A stretch of DNA of 64,000 bases, from the IMG/VR virus record IMGVR_UViG_3300021978_000001, positions 288,001-352,000 of that record; one strand, given 5' to 3'. Position 1 is the first letter of the stretch; each line of letters opens with the position of its first letter. This DNA comes from a virus (lineage: Duplodnaviria; Caudoviricetes). Shown here piece after piece: positions 46,591-56,133 of this stretch. The notes under the pieces were generated by a model, which was given only the letters and a program-made list of their open reading frames with translations, was not told the origin of the DNA and made no database searches. The position numbers and the translations under genes are program-made.

Positions 46591-47145
46591 ATGAGCGTAG
46601 TGACGGACGTGGATACCCTGAGCACCTGGAGCTTTACCAAGCTCGCGACCCTGTTCCATAGGCAACGGCGAAACTTCGACATGAATCGAGAGCGGTACCT
46701 CGAACTGGACCCGGATGCTACCTGGGAGAAGGCTGGTGGGGAGGTCGAAGAGTTATCTGAGAATGCCCGGGGCTTCCAGCAACACGAGATCCTCTTGTTT
46801 CAAGGGAACACCTGGTACGCGTGGCTCGAACGCCACAGGGGTGAGATCGCCGCGCCTTCCGAAGATACCCTCGAAGAAAGCAGGCGCGGGAATGGGGGGC
46901 CGTTGATCGCGATGTTCCTCGCGAAGTTCATGCAAGTGCTGTTGGATGAACACGGGCCAGAGGCCGATCTGGAGGATCAGGAGGATGTGGAGGCTTTGTA
47001 TGTCTGGATCGGTCTGCACATGATCCCTGTACCTCCCGAGTACGCAGGCGGTGATTGGGCGCTGATCTCGGGCGAGCAGATCTTTCGGTTCAACTTCGGT
47101 GGTCTCGTTTCGAGACCTTCGGATGACAGCGAAGGCGAGGCATGA
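46591..47145 (+). CDS. Acidic hypothetical protein
   Basis: RBS AAGGAG. Confidence 0.8.
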   Translation: MSVVTDVDTLSTWSFTKLATLFHRQRRNFDMNRERYLELDPDATWEKAGGEVEELSENARGFQQHEILLFQGNTWYAWLERHRGEIAAPSEDTLEESRRGNGGPLIAMFLAKFMQVLLDEHGPEADLEDQEDVEALYVWIGLHMIPVPPEYAGGDWALISGEQIFRFNFGGLVSRPSDDSEGEA

Positions 47146-47702
47146 GCTTCGAGCATTTCACGACAGGGTTGAACTCGATCTCCTGGGGAGATCTGCGCGC
47201 CATGGTCCACAGCGAAGCCCGGGGATCAGAAGATGCCTTGCTCAAGCTCCCTGGCTTTAGCTTGAGCAAGGAGCAGTTCCACTACGTGTTCGCCAACGTC
47301 ACCATCGAAAGGCTCACGGGGTTCTTGAAGTGGCAGTATCAGGACGGTACCTCCTTGTGTGATCTGCCTTTCGATGGGCAACTGTATACGGACGTGAGCC
47401 TCGTGTGGGGGAACAACCGCGTACTGCGCTTTGACAATGTGGTCCCGGTCTATCTCATGTGCCATGACGCGACGCGGCAACCCCACAAGAGGTTCCAGGG
47501 CCTCCAGGACATGCGTGAGACGCTCGCCAGGTCCGAGGAGGACCCCCAGGGTGCCACTCGGCTGGTGACGTTTATCTCCTATGTCCACCTGGCCTCTCTT
47601 ATCCTCCCCGGGGTCGATCAGCTTCGCCAAGCAACGCGCGAAGTCTTGCGCCTGTGGGCTGCGGATAACGAGGTCTCTTTCCGTGTGTGTGATCATGAGT
47701 GA
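47142..47702 (+). CDS. WGDLRA-variant of the FGEVRS family
   Basis: SWGDLRAMVH...FHYVFANV. Confidence 0.75.
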   Translation: MSFEHFTTGLNSISWGDLRAMVHSEARGSEDALLKLPGFSLSKEQFHYVFANVTIERLTGFLKWQYQDGTSLCDLPFDGQLYTDVSLVWGNNRVLRFDNVVPVYLMCHDATRQPHKRFQGLQDMRETLARSEEDPQGATRLVTFISYVHLASLILPGVDQLRQATREVLRLWAADNEVSFRVCDHE

Positions 47703-48312
47703 TGTGTTGGATCGTAGCACTGTGTTGGATCGTATCTCGTACTGGCACCCCCTGGACGTGGACTTCGAGGCTTACGTCCAGGAGAACATGATGTGGGTCT
47801 CTACCGAGGATGACAAGGGGCAGTGTGTCTGGCTCGACCGCTTCGAGTACCCGACCCTCACGCATCGTTCCCTTGACGAGTATGCGGAGCGCGTCGATCA
47901 AAGCATGTGGGAGTTGTGGGTACAGCTTACCGAGCCTGACCTCTTCAATCATGAGTGCGTGAGGTTTATCCTCGATATTGGTCCAAGGGATGCGGTGGGA
48001 TACGAGAAGACCCTGTACCTGGCGCCACGTGCTGCCCCTTTGGGAGATCCCACGCTCATCAAGCGCCTGGACTTTACACGCTGGAAGCGCGTGATCTGGC
48101 AATACTGGGACGTGGTGATGGAAGGTCGTGATTGGGACAAGCGCATCTTGAAGGCGTGGTACTCGCTCTGCTTCACGAGTCCCAAGGTCGTGTCCGTTGA
48201 CCTGGCTTACATCCTGGAGTACCCCGAGGAGCAGGAGGGGTATTGTGATGCCCAGGCGCAGTCGTGGGGTGACCTGAGTTGGGCACGCGCGCCATACCAA
48301 CGGCGCGCCTGA
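47695..48312 (+). CDS. Hypothetical Trp/Tyr-rich protein
   Basis: Overlap with upstream stop. Confidence 0.75.
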   Translation: MSDVLDRSTVLDRISYWHPLDVDFEAYVQENMMWVSTEDDKGQCVWLDRFEYPTLTHRSLDEYAERVDQSMWELWVQLTEPDLFNHECVRFILDIGPRDAVGYEKTLYLAPRAAPLGDPTLIKRLDFTRWKRVIWQYWDVVMEGRDWDKRILKAWYSLCFTSPKVVSVDLAYILEYPEEQEGYCDAQAQSWGDLSWARAPYQRRA

Positions 48313-48326
48313 TTACGCCCCCTATT

Positions 48327-48436
48327 TTTAGGCAAAAAATGCGACATTTTCCGTGTAGACTAGATTCGCGATTTTTGCCCCAGGCGGACGGGCCGGGGAG
48401 TTAAGCGAGCGGTTCTGGGAAGTTACGGCAAGGCTC
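48327..48436. repeat. 110-bp non-coding element, copy B
   Basis: Ungapped match to 34561-34670. Confidence 0.85.
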
Positions 48437-48705
48437 AAAATCGCTCTTTTGTTCTCGGGGCCAGACGCAGCGCTGACTGAGATCTGTGCCCACACACTCG
48501 ATCGTTTCCTGTGAGAGAACGGCTGGGGTGCGCTGAAGGTAGGGTGAAGGGGATAAAGAGGCGAGCACGCTCGACGGTGGAATGCGGTCGAGCGTAACGT
48601 CGGACCCGGGGTTTTATCCGAACATCTCCCAGGCGACTCACGCGTGGTGGGAGTCTAAAGGTGTTTCCCTATCAGAAACAATACACCTCTTTTTCCTGCT
48701 TTTGT

Positions 48706-48734
48706 TTGACGTGACCAGATGCCTGTGGTAGGAG
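48706..48734 (+). promoter_or_regulatory. Early-type promoter
   Basis: TTGACG-17(CTGTGG)-TAGGAG. Confidence 0.6.
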
Positions 48735-48843
48735 ATGAAACCTGAAAGCGTGAGGCACAAGCGTGAGGCACAAGCGTGAGCTACCCACAACGATACCCAG
48801 AGACACCACACCTACAGACACCACACAAGAGGCGAGACTCGAC

Positions 48844-49641
48844 ATGGGATTGATCAACGACTTCATCCGCCCTGGCGCGGAACACGAAACCATCACACAC
48901 CACTGGCCTTCGATGAACGAGGATGAGAAGAAGGCGTACATGACGTGGCGCCTCGGGATGGTCACGGTCCGTTGTAGCGCATTCATCATGGGGATCATCG
49001 TGCTCACGGCGCCCTACTGCAACGAAACCCAGACCCGGGAAAACATCACCAAGGCGCAGATCGAACAGCCCACGCCTTACGAAGCGTACACGCTGGCCTG
49101 GACACAAGCCAGCAAGACTTGCCTGGTGCAATGCCTCGATCGTGTCCCCGAGTCGCAACGTCAAACCTGCGTCCCGGACTGCGCGCAGCTCGTCAAAGGC
49201 TTCCCGCCTTACCTCTCCGGTCAGCAGCGCTCCGGTCAGCAGGGGACAAGCGAGCGTGCGCGTCGAGAGGATAGCCTGAGAGACAATCAGGGAGACAGCG
49301 CCTCAAGCACATCGAGCACGGAGACATCGAGCACGGAGACACCAGACACAGAGATCAAGCCCGAGAGTGCCCGCGCCGCCTCACCCCTCTCTCTTGGGTG
49401 GGTAGGTGACCTCTTGCAGCGAGGCTCTACCCTGGAACGCAAGAGCCCAGCAGTGAGTCCAGCAGTGAGTCCAGCAGTGAGTCCAGCAGTGAGTCCAGCA
49501 GTGAGTCCAGAAGCCCTGCGATACGAACTCAGGTATGACCCGCTCTTCCCGTACCGAGCGATTCGAGACACCTTCCCTGAGCACCCTACTGGAGATCTTC
49601 CCGAACCCCACGGCCCTCTCGCACCGTACACGGCACCCTGA
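48844..49641 (+). CDS. Membrane-anchored protein with 4-Cys domain and low-complexity SPAV tail
   Basis: MGLINDF start; TM CSAFIMGIIVLTA; CxxxC-x10-CxxxC; SPAV x5. Confidence 0.65.
   Translation: MGLINDFIRPGAEHETITHHWPSMNEDEKKAYMTWRLGMVTVRCSAFIMGIIVLTAPYCNETQTRENITKAQIEQPTPYEAYTLAWTQASKTCLVQCLDRVPESQRQTCVPDCAQLVKGFPPYLSGQQRSGQQGTSERARREDSLRDNQGDSASSTSSTETSSTETPDTEIKPESARAASPLSLGWVGDLLQRGSTLERKSPAVSPAVSPAVSPAVSPAVSPEALRYELRYDPLFPYRAIRDTFPEHPTGDLPEPHGPLAPYTAP
49447..49510 (+). repeat. 12-nt tandem repeat x5
   Basis: CCAGCAGTGAGT x5, no spacers. Confidence 0.95.
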
Positions 49642-50368
49642 GCCTCTCCAGGGTGAAAGGCAGCCTACCCCTCATAGGCATGCAAGAACGTGGACCAGGG
49701 GCGCTCTGGTGAGCTGTCAGGGCACAGGACGCGCCAGGGCGCATACCCCCTGAAAGACATGAAAAACTTTTTCGTGAGAATTTTCTTCGGTTTTTGGACT
49801 CGACTCGGGCGTGGGCTTGGGATATGCCCTTTTCTGGAAACCCGCATAGAATCAGGACTTGAGTAAGGTCGGGCTCCTGGTGGAGAGAAGGAAAGGGTAA
49901 CGATAACGACCACACCAGACCCACCTCGCTCCGCTCGGTCTCGGTAGGGTTTACCCTCATCCCGACCCTCTATGTTGACCCCCTGTCCCACGATTCCCGT
50001 GATCTCATGCGGGTTTCCGGCTTTCTTGCCTTTCTATCCCTGGCGTGATCACGTCTCCCCACACGTGAGCAAACAGGTATCGTCTCCCTCTTATCTCTGC
50101 CGTTGTATCTCCTCTCTCCCTCCCTTCATGGGTGCTCGTATGTACCCCTGTCTGTCCTGTATGTCACTCCCTGTGTCGAGAGACACCACATGCCCAACCC
50201 ATGGAAATCCACTGTAAAGAATACCGAAAAAACCCCCGAAAAACCCCGAGTAATTATGCACGCTTTCCGACAGAAGACATGACTTTACAGCCAGGGACGT
50301 TCTGTGGTACACGTGATGTAGCTTGTATGGGGCATGGCTTGTATGGGACGCCTGTAGGAGGTACGAGT

Positions 50369-51136
50369 ATGAAGATCCATGCGGATACGAAGATCCATGC
50401 GGACTTTGAAGAGGCATGCATGCACGTGGTCAAGCGTATGCGTGGCAGTGAAGAAGAGAGGTACTCTCAAGGGGGCACGCGTCGAGGCCAGGAGATGGCC
50501 GCAGGGGATTGGCGTCTTCGACCCTGGACGCCATTAGCAGGAACGAAAGGACTCCTGATGAACACGCTTGTCCTGTCCCATGCGACAACGAATCATTCTG
50601 GTATTCAATCCCATGGTATCTCTCAATACCGCGTGATGGGAACGCCTATCAGTCTGGTGAATGGTCGAGACGCGTACTGGGTCGATTGGTACATCGACGT
50701 GAACCTGACTCTTCACCCCTCGAATCTTCCGGGCTATCTCGACACGCGACATGTGAGCGAGTTCCTGGGGGTCGAATACTTCGAGGACAGATGGAACGGG
50801 TGGGCCTATGCGTTGGATGCACCGATGGCGTGGTATGCGGAGGTCTCGGACAAGCGTGCATTGTTCATCTGGGGAGGATACGACGGTCAAGGGTATGACG
50901 AGGGTGTCAAGCGTTACATCGAGGAGATGTTCTCAGGAGTGGTATTGGAAGGACCGAGGACACGGGTACCTTTGAGCGACTCTGTAGACCTCGTGTTGTA
51001 CGCGCACCCTGACATTTTACCGTCGTTGCATGTTCGACCGTCGTTGACGAGTGCAGGGGATACCGAGCGTATCCTGAGTGCCTTGCGACGTGGGAGAGAG
51101 TTGCAAGAGCTTTTGGTGAGAATCACCGCATCGTGA
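50369..51136 (+). CDS. Paralog family A member (HPDILP...ALRRGKELQE C-terminus)
   Basis: RBS AGGAGG at 50356; alternative start 50558. Confidence 0.75.
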   Translation: MKIHADTKIHADFEEACMHVVKRMRGSEEERYSQGGTRRGQEMAAGDWRLRPWTPLAGTKGLLMNTLVLSHATTNHSGIQSHGISQYRVMGTPISLVNGRDAYWVDWYIDVNLTLHPSNLPGYLDTRHVSEFLGVEYFEDRWNGWAYALDAPMAWYAEVSDKRALFIWGGYDGQGYDEGVKRYIEEMFSGVVLEGPRTRVPLSDSVDLVLYAHPDILPSLHVRPSLTSAGDTERILSALRRGRELQELLVRITAS

Positions 51137-51170
51137 GAATCACCGCATCTATCAAGACAGGGAGAAAGGC

Positions 51171-51923
51171 ATGAGCAAGATATACAGGAACCGAAGAGAG
51201 ATGATCGAGGGGCACCTCGAAGGCTTCCCTGTGGAGGGAGGTAGAAGAGGATGGGAGAGCCCGGATGGGGTCAAGTACCTTGGCTGCGCGTGTGAGCTAT
51301 CGTTCTGGTCGGGTAAGCTCGACGAGGGGGTCTTTCAAGCCTCGGGTGAGGTCGCATTGTTTGGTCATGAGGTCAAGGCGCGTCGTCCTCTCTTGAACAG
51401 TGAGGTCAAAGGAGAGGAGGCAAGGGTCTTCTGGGTCGATGGCCGTTACCAGCCTCGACAGAGGGGCGCTCCTGAGCGTCGAACGAAGTATGGTCGTGAG
51501 GTCCGTGATCAGGGCATTGTGGGAAACTTCGAGGAGATGCGTGAGGTATCGAACGTGTTCGATCCCCATATCGTCATGGAGAGCTTGTGGAACGAGCCTG
51601 TGATGTGGCGAGAGGAGACGCGTCAGGGGGAATGTGTCTTCGTGTATCAGGGCTCGAACTACCCGCAATGGAGCGAGGAGGTCCTGGAACTCGCGCGCGA
51701 GCATGGAGCGGTCGATAACCGTGGGAAGACGCTCGAAATCACCTTGAGCGAGACGTATCCCGGGATCAAGCTCAGGGTGTACAACCACCCCGACATCTTG
51801 CCAGGTCTCCAGCTCCAGGCGTGGAGTAGGAGTGATGCATGCACGCTTGAGATCGAGAAGGTCCTGTGGCGAGGAAAAGCGCTTCAAGAGGCTTTTGCTC
51901 AGATGTTGAGCGAGGAGACATGA
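51171..51923 (+). CDS. Paralog family A member
   Basis: LRVYNHPDILPGL...LWRGKALQE. Confidence 0.8.
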   Translation: MSKIYRNRREMIEGHLEGFPVEGGRRGWESPDGVKYLGCACELSFWSGKLDEGVFQASGEVALFGHEVKARRPLLNSEVKGEEARVFWVDGRYQPRQRGAPERRTKYGREVRDQGIVGNFEEMREVSNVFDPHIVMESLWNEPVMWREETRQGECVFVYQGSNYPQWSEEVLELAREHGAVDNRGKTLEITLSETYPGIKLRVYNHPDILPGLQLQAWSRSDACTLEIEKVLWRGKALQEAFAQMLSEET

Positions 51924-51960
51924 TTTACGAGACGTTCGAGGATCGGGTAGAAGGAAAGGT

Positions 51961-52581
51961 ATGAGGATTTACGAGAGCTTTGAAGCCGCGACCGTGGAGT
52001 TAAGCTGGACGTGTGAGATGGACGCATGGGTCGCGACGCCGTTCGGGGATTACTTCCGTGGAATCAGGACACAGGTCACGTGGGGGTATGTCCAGGATGG
52101 CATCCTCGGGGTCCGTCATTTCGACGTGTTGGGTATCCCTGTGCGTCTGGTGACAGGACAGCTCGGGTACTGGACACGTTGGACCCTGGATGCTCTCCCG
52201 GTCACGTTGGAGACGGCGCGCTTGTTGCGAGCGCCGTTTGGGTGGAAGGTCGATGGCATGGGTGGCGAACGTGATGTCGTGATCATGTGGGGAGGCTTCG
52301 ATGGTGAGTATCATCCCGAGGTCCTCGCGCACATGCGTGATCTCGAAGCGCAGATAGACAGGTTCGGGATGCGCGGCGCGGAGATCGGACCACAGGGCGC
52401 CACGGTTCTTTTCGGGCACAACGTTCGCTTGCATGTCTACCCTTCCTCGCGAGTCTTGCCGATGTTGCGCGTCAAGTGGGAGATGGGAACCGTTCAGGAG
52501 AGCGAGGGAGCCTTACGAGCCTTACGACGCGGGAAAGAGTTGCAAGAGCTTTATACGAGGATGATGACGTCATCATCATGA
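51961..52581 (+). CDS. Paralog family A member
   Basis: IMWGGFDG...ALRRGKELQELYTRMM. Confidence 0.8.
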   Translation: MRIYESFEAATVELSWTCEMDAWVATPFGDYFRGIRTQVTWGYVQDGILGVRHFDVLGIPVRLVTGQLGYWTRWTLDALPVTLETARLLRAPFGWKVDGMGGERDVVIMWGGFDGEYHPEVLAHMRDLEAQIDRFGMRGAEIGPQGATVLFGHNVRLHVYPSSRVLPMLRVKWEMGTVQESEGALRALRRGKELQELYTRMMTSSS

Positions 52582-52601
52582 TGACGTCGAGGAGAAGAGG
52601 G

Positions 52602-53237
52602 ATGCACGTTTTCATGAGCTACATGCAGATGATCGAATGGTACCAGCGGGGGTCTTTTGAGAATCCCGTGCGCACGGCCATGTGGAACCCGATCAAGTGG
52701 TATCGTAAGGGCCACCTCTTGACCGGGAGCCTGGAGGTCGAATGCCGTGAACACGGCGTCTACGTCCTGAATATCGTCTGCGAGCGGGTCGAGCTACGTG
52801 ATGGTCGTGATGCTTGGTGGGGCGTCTGGAGCATGTATGGGTACCCGTTCATGCCCGCCATGGAAGCGAGCGTGGGAGAAGAGACCTGGTGGCAAGCCTT
52901 CAAGCCGATCTTGACGCCCTCGTGCCTCTGGGAAGAGGACAGGCGCGACGAGAAGAAGCGCATCTTGTGGCCAGGGTATGGCGGCCAGGGGTATGGTGTG
53001 GAGATCGAGAGGCACGTCGAGGAAGTCTTGGGGCACAAGCTCGAAGGGTTATACACGCCTATCCAGCTCCACGCAGGCGTGATCTTGCAGCTCTACGCGC
53101 ACCCTGACGTCCTCCCCGCTGTTCATGTCGATCGCCGTGCGTTCTCTGCACACGAGACCGAGAAGATGATCGCCGCCTTGCGACGTGCCAAGGAGCTTCA
53201 GGAGCTTTATACAAGGATGATGAGCCGCGCTGAGTAA
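52602..53237 (+). CDS. Paralog family A member
   Basis: LYAHPDVLP...ALRRAKELQELYTRMM; start approximate. Confidence 0.8.
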   Translation: MHVFMSYMQMIEWYQRGSFENPVRTAMWNPIKWYRKGHLLTGSLEVECREHGVYVLNIVCERVELRDGRDAWWGVWSMYGYPFMPAMEASVGEETWWQAFKPILTPSCLWEEDRRDEKKRILWPGYGGQGYGVEIERHVEEVLGHKLEGLYTPIQLHAGVILQLYAHPDVLPAVHVDRRAFSAHETEKMIAALRRAKELQELYTRMMSRAE

Positions 53238-53244
53238 AAGAGTT

Positions 53245-53273
53245 TTTACGGTGGCGTGCCCTTGTGGTATCGG
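53245..53273 (+). promoter_or_regulatory. Early-type promoter
   Basis: TTTACG-17-TATCGG then TACGTGTAG. Confidence 0.8.
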
Positions 53274-53309
53274 TACGTGTAGATGACACTTACGATACAG
53301 GAGGACACG

Positions 53310-53891
53310 ATGGACATCTTGGAGCTGGCAGACAAAGCGACGAACTACGACGTCACGATGGAGATCGAGTATATCGGTGAAGGCATGCGCCTCATCTACA
53401 CGACTCGTGATGGTGCGGTCGTGACGTATGAGGTCATAACGCATGAGGAGCGAAACCTGCTTGGCCTGCGCCGCGTCAATTTGCGTTGTAAGGATGACGA
53501 CGATGGGACCCTTTTTTGCGTCGGGATGGATCTGGACATCGTGGAGACGGTGACCTACAAGGGGCGCGCGTGGCAATACATCGGCGTCCTGGACAGTCTC
53601 CCGGATTACAGGGAGGAAGACCCCTTCGACATCGCGTGGTTGGATACCGTCGAGCGTGTCCAACAGCACGCGGATCAGTGGGGGCATCCCTGGGAGATTG
53701 GCCGCTACAACATCATGAGCATCCTCATCCCTGGGGGGTCGATCCGGTTGAATGTGTGGCGACGCACGGGGGTCTTTTACGAGGCGGACGAGAAGTGTTC
53801 GTTTCGCGAGGTCGAGGAGATCGAAGCGCACATCACCGCGCTTCGTAAAGGCAAGGCCGCTTACGAGCTATACAAGCGAACGTGCTTTTGA
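53310..53891 (+). CDS. Distant family A member
   Basis: C-terminal ALRKGKAAYELYKR. Confidence 0.8.
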   Translation: MDILELADKATNYDVTMEIEYIGEGMRLIYTTRDGAVVTYEVITHEERNLLGLRRVNLRCKDDDDGTLFCVGMDLDIVETVTYKGRAWQYIGVLDSLPDYREEDPFDIAWLDTVERVQQHADQWGHPWEIGRYNIMSILIPGGSIRLNVWRRTGVFYEADEKCSFREVEEIEAHITALRKGKAAYELYKRTCF

Positions 53892-53964
53892 TACGCTTCT
53901 CTCCTGTGACCTTCAACTCGAACAGGTCTTACGACAAAAGGTCTTACGACAGGAGATAAGCATC

Positions 53965-54612
53965 ATGGGCCGTACCATCAGCACCAAGCACGAGATCAGG
54001 AAACGCCAGATCACAGAGGACGTTCACATCGAGGATCACACGGAGGTCCGGGAGGTTCTCGAAGACCGCGTGCTCAAGACCAAGCGGAAGCCACTCAAGC
54101 GTGAAGCGGTCCACAAGGATGGCATGCGTTGTGAGATCCGTGAGGAGTACGACAAAGCCACGTCGCAGTCACGCTGGAAGGTCAGCGAACCTTGTGATCC
54201 GTTCTTCTTGACGGATTGGGATCACCAACCCCCCGGTGACTGGCGCGGTACAGGCGAGTTCAAGCCCGCGTATAACGCCATTTCTGCTGCGTTCGCCAGG
54301 AAGATCGAAGAGAGGGGGTGGGAAGCCCATGCGAGCGTGGCGGGCGTGACGTGTGAGCGCGTCTTCGAGGAAGCGGAAGAGGGGACGCGCGTGAAGTTCA
54401 CGATCGAGCCTTTCGTGAAGGCTCATGGTGGTGTGGGGTGTGAGGTGTGGTGGGCGGACTTGTATCTCTACTACGATGAGATCTACTCCGAGGAGTACAC
54501 GCTCGACATGATCCAGGAGAAGCGTCGTATCCTCGGTGAGATCGAGGAGATGTATACGTTTCTCCTCGATCACCTTGAGGAATACAAGGCGGCTTTACTT
54601 GACGCGTCATGA
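53965..54612 (+). CDS. Hypothetical protein
   Basis: RBS AGGAG. Confidence 0.75.
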   Translation: MGRTISTKHEIRKRQITEDVHIEDHTEVREVLEDRVLKTKRKPLKREAVHKDGMRCEIREEYDKATSQSRWKVSEPCDPFFLTDWDHQPPGDWRGTGEFKPAYNAISAAFARKIEERGWEAHASVAGVTCERVFEEAEEGTRVKFTIEPFVKAHGGVGCEVWWADLYLYYDEIYSEEYTLDMIQEKRRILGEIEEMYTFLLDHLEEYKAALLDAS

Positions 54613-54618
54613 CACGTT

Positions 54619-55461
54619 GTGCTATCCCTCGGGAGGGCCACGTTAACCTCTACGAGAAGACCGTTCTTGACTCACGAGACACCACAATCATTGGAGCACG
54701 CGCTTCAAGCACTTGTCGAGGCTTACACGACCTTTGGCGTGGCATCGTATACCCTCGGGCATGAGACACCTCTGGATGTGTGCGTTTCGACGGAATCTCT
54801 CAAGAGGAGCCCGGACAACAAGGGTTGGAGGTTGGTGGTCGAGCATGTGTTCTGCCCCGAGTTCCCTCAAGGCGTGGAGCCCGAGACCTGGATCAGTCTG
54901 GCCCTGGCGCGTGATCGCGGTGATGTCTTCCCTCATGTCAAGCATTTTATCGATGATTACAACGCGAACCTCACCCCGTTGGAGCGTGAAGAGGCGCTGG
55001 CCTTGATCGTGACCGCGAACACCTTGTTGGGTGGTCGTGTCGTGACTCATGAGGAGAAGAGGTATCGTATCCTGTCGCTGGATATGCCCACGCTCGTTTG
55101 GGGCGCGCAAGAGCGCATGCGCCTGGAAGGTTTCCTGTCACATCTCGTGCGCCCTTACCGTGCGTGGCAACACGACCACTGTGACCTCTGGTGGTATCCT
55201 CTCAACGGCTCCAGAACGCATGAAGGGGGCTTACGCGTAAGCCTCGTGGGGTCCGCCCTTGTACGCGAGCTGCATACCGTGGCGCGCGCCCTGGAGATCC
55301 TCACGCATAAGTACGCGTGGTTGCCGTGGCGTGCGATGCCAGGGGAACGGTCCCTACAGAGCATCCCGACCTGGACCCCGGGACCCGAGCAGTTGCGCGC
55401 GTACCTTATCAAACAGCGCGAACGTGCCTGGGAGGCACGTCGTATCCGTCCCTGGAGATAA
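54619..55461 (+). CDS. Hypothetical protein
   Basis: Start uncertain (overlaps a promoter-like site at 54599). Confidence 0.7.
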   Translation: MLSLGRATLTSTRRPFLTHETPQSLEHALQALVEAYTTFGVASYTLGHETPLDVCVSTESLKRSPDNKGWRLVVEHVFCPEFPQGVEPETWISLALARDRGDVFPHVKHFIDDYNANLTPLEREEALALIVTANTLLGGRVVTHEEKRYRILSLDMPTLVWGAQERMRLEGFLSHLVRPYRAWQHDHCDLWWYPLNGSRTHEGGLRVSLVGSALVRELHTVARALEILTHKYAWLPWRAMPGERSLQSIPTWTPGPEQLRAYLIKQRERAWEARRIRPWR

Positions 55462-55464
55462 CAC

Positions 55465-56061
55465 ATGAAGGTCTACTCCCCCGAGGGTTACGCGGTCTCC
55501 CAACTCCCTGACCGACTGGAGCACTACTTCCAGGGCGTCCTCGATGTCCAGACACGAGCGTACTACATCCTCGAACCCGATTACATCTATCGACGTGCCC
55601 GTTGGGTCGAATACATCTCTGGTCGTGGCGTCAGCGCGCCAGTGCAGCGAGACACAGACGTGTTTCGTTTCCTGGAAAACATGCGCGTGTCGTATGGAAG
55701 CTCGGGAGAGGAGATCGAGGTCAGGGGGTTTGGCCCGCCCTTTGACAGGCGAATCGACCACATCATGCGTGATCAGCTCGGCTTGACCTCTGACCCCGTG
55801 GCAGAGGACTTTTGGCCAAAGTCCAGGAGCTATAAAGGGGAGATCGAGGGGGTGTCCTTCGAGATCATCAATGTGATTTGGGAAGACGTCCCCTTGCAGC
55901 TCAAGCTCCCCGAGTTCAAGACTTGCCACCCCGAAGAGGTCGAGGCACAGCTCGGGGTGTATCGCCGTATCCAGGCGCTCTTTCACACGGCCACGAGGCT
56001 CGCAAAGAAACCCGTGCTCAAGCGGTCCGAGGTTATCGATGTCCTCGGTGTGAGGCTTTAA
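55465..56061 (+). CDS. Hypothetical protein
   Basis: RBS GGAG. Confidence 0.8.
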   Translation: MKVYSPEGYAVSQLPDRLEHYFQGVLDVQTRAYYILEPDYIYRRARWVEYISGRGVSAPVQRDTDVFRFLENMRVSYGSSGEEIEVRGFGPPFDRRIDHIMRDQLGLTSDPVAEDFWPKSRSYKGEIEGVSFEIINVIWEDVPLQLKLPEFKTCHPEEVEAQLGVYRRIQALFHTATRLAKKPVLKRSEVIDVLGVRL

Positions 56062-56063
56062 TC

Positions 56064-56092
56064 TTTACGGTGTGAATCTCTTGTGGTACATA
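56064..56092 (+). promoter_or_regulatory. Early-type promoter
   Basis: TTTACG-17-TACATA. Confidence 0.75.
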
Positions 56093-56133
56093 CCAGGTGT
56101 TGATGAAGGAACACACCACGAGGAGACCACACC

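Noticed and set aside
49447-49510. Possible CRISPR array
   Set aside because: 12-nt direct tandem units with no spacers, in frame inside a CDS
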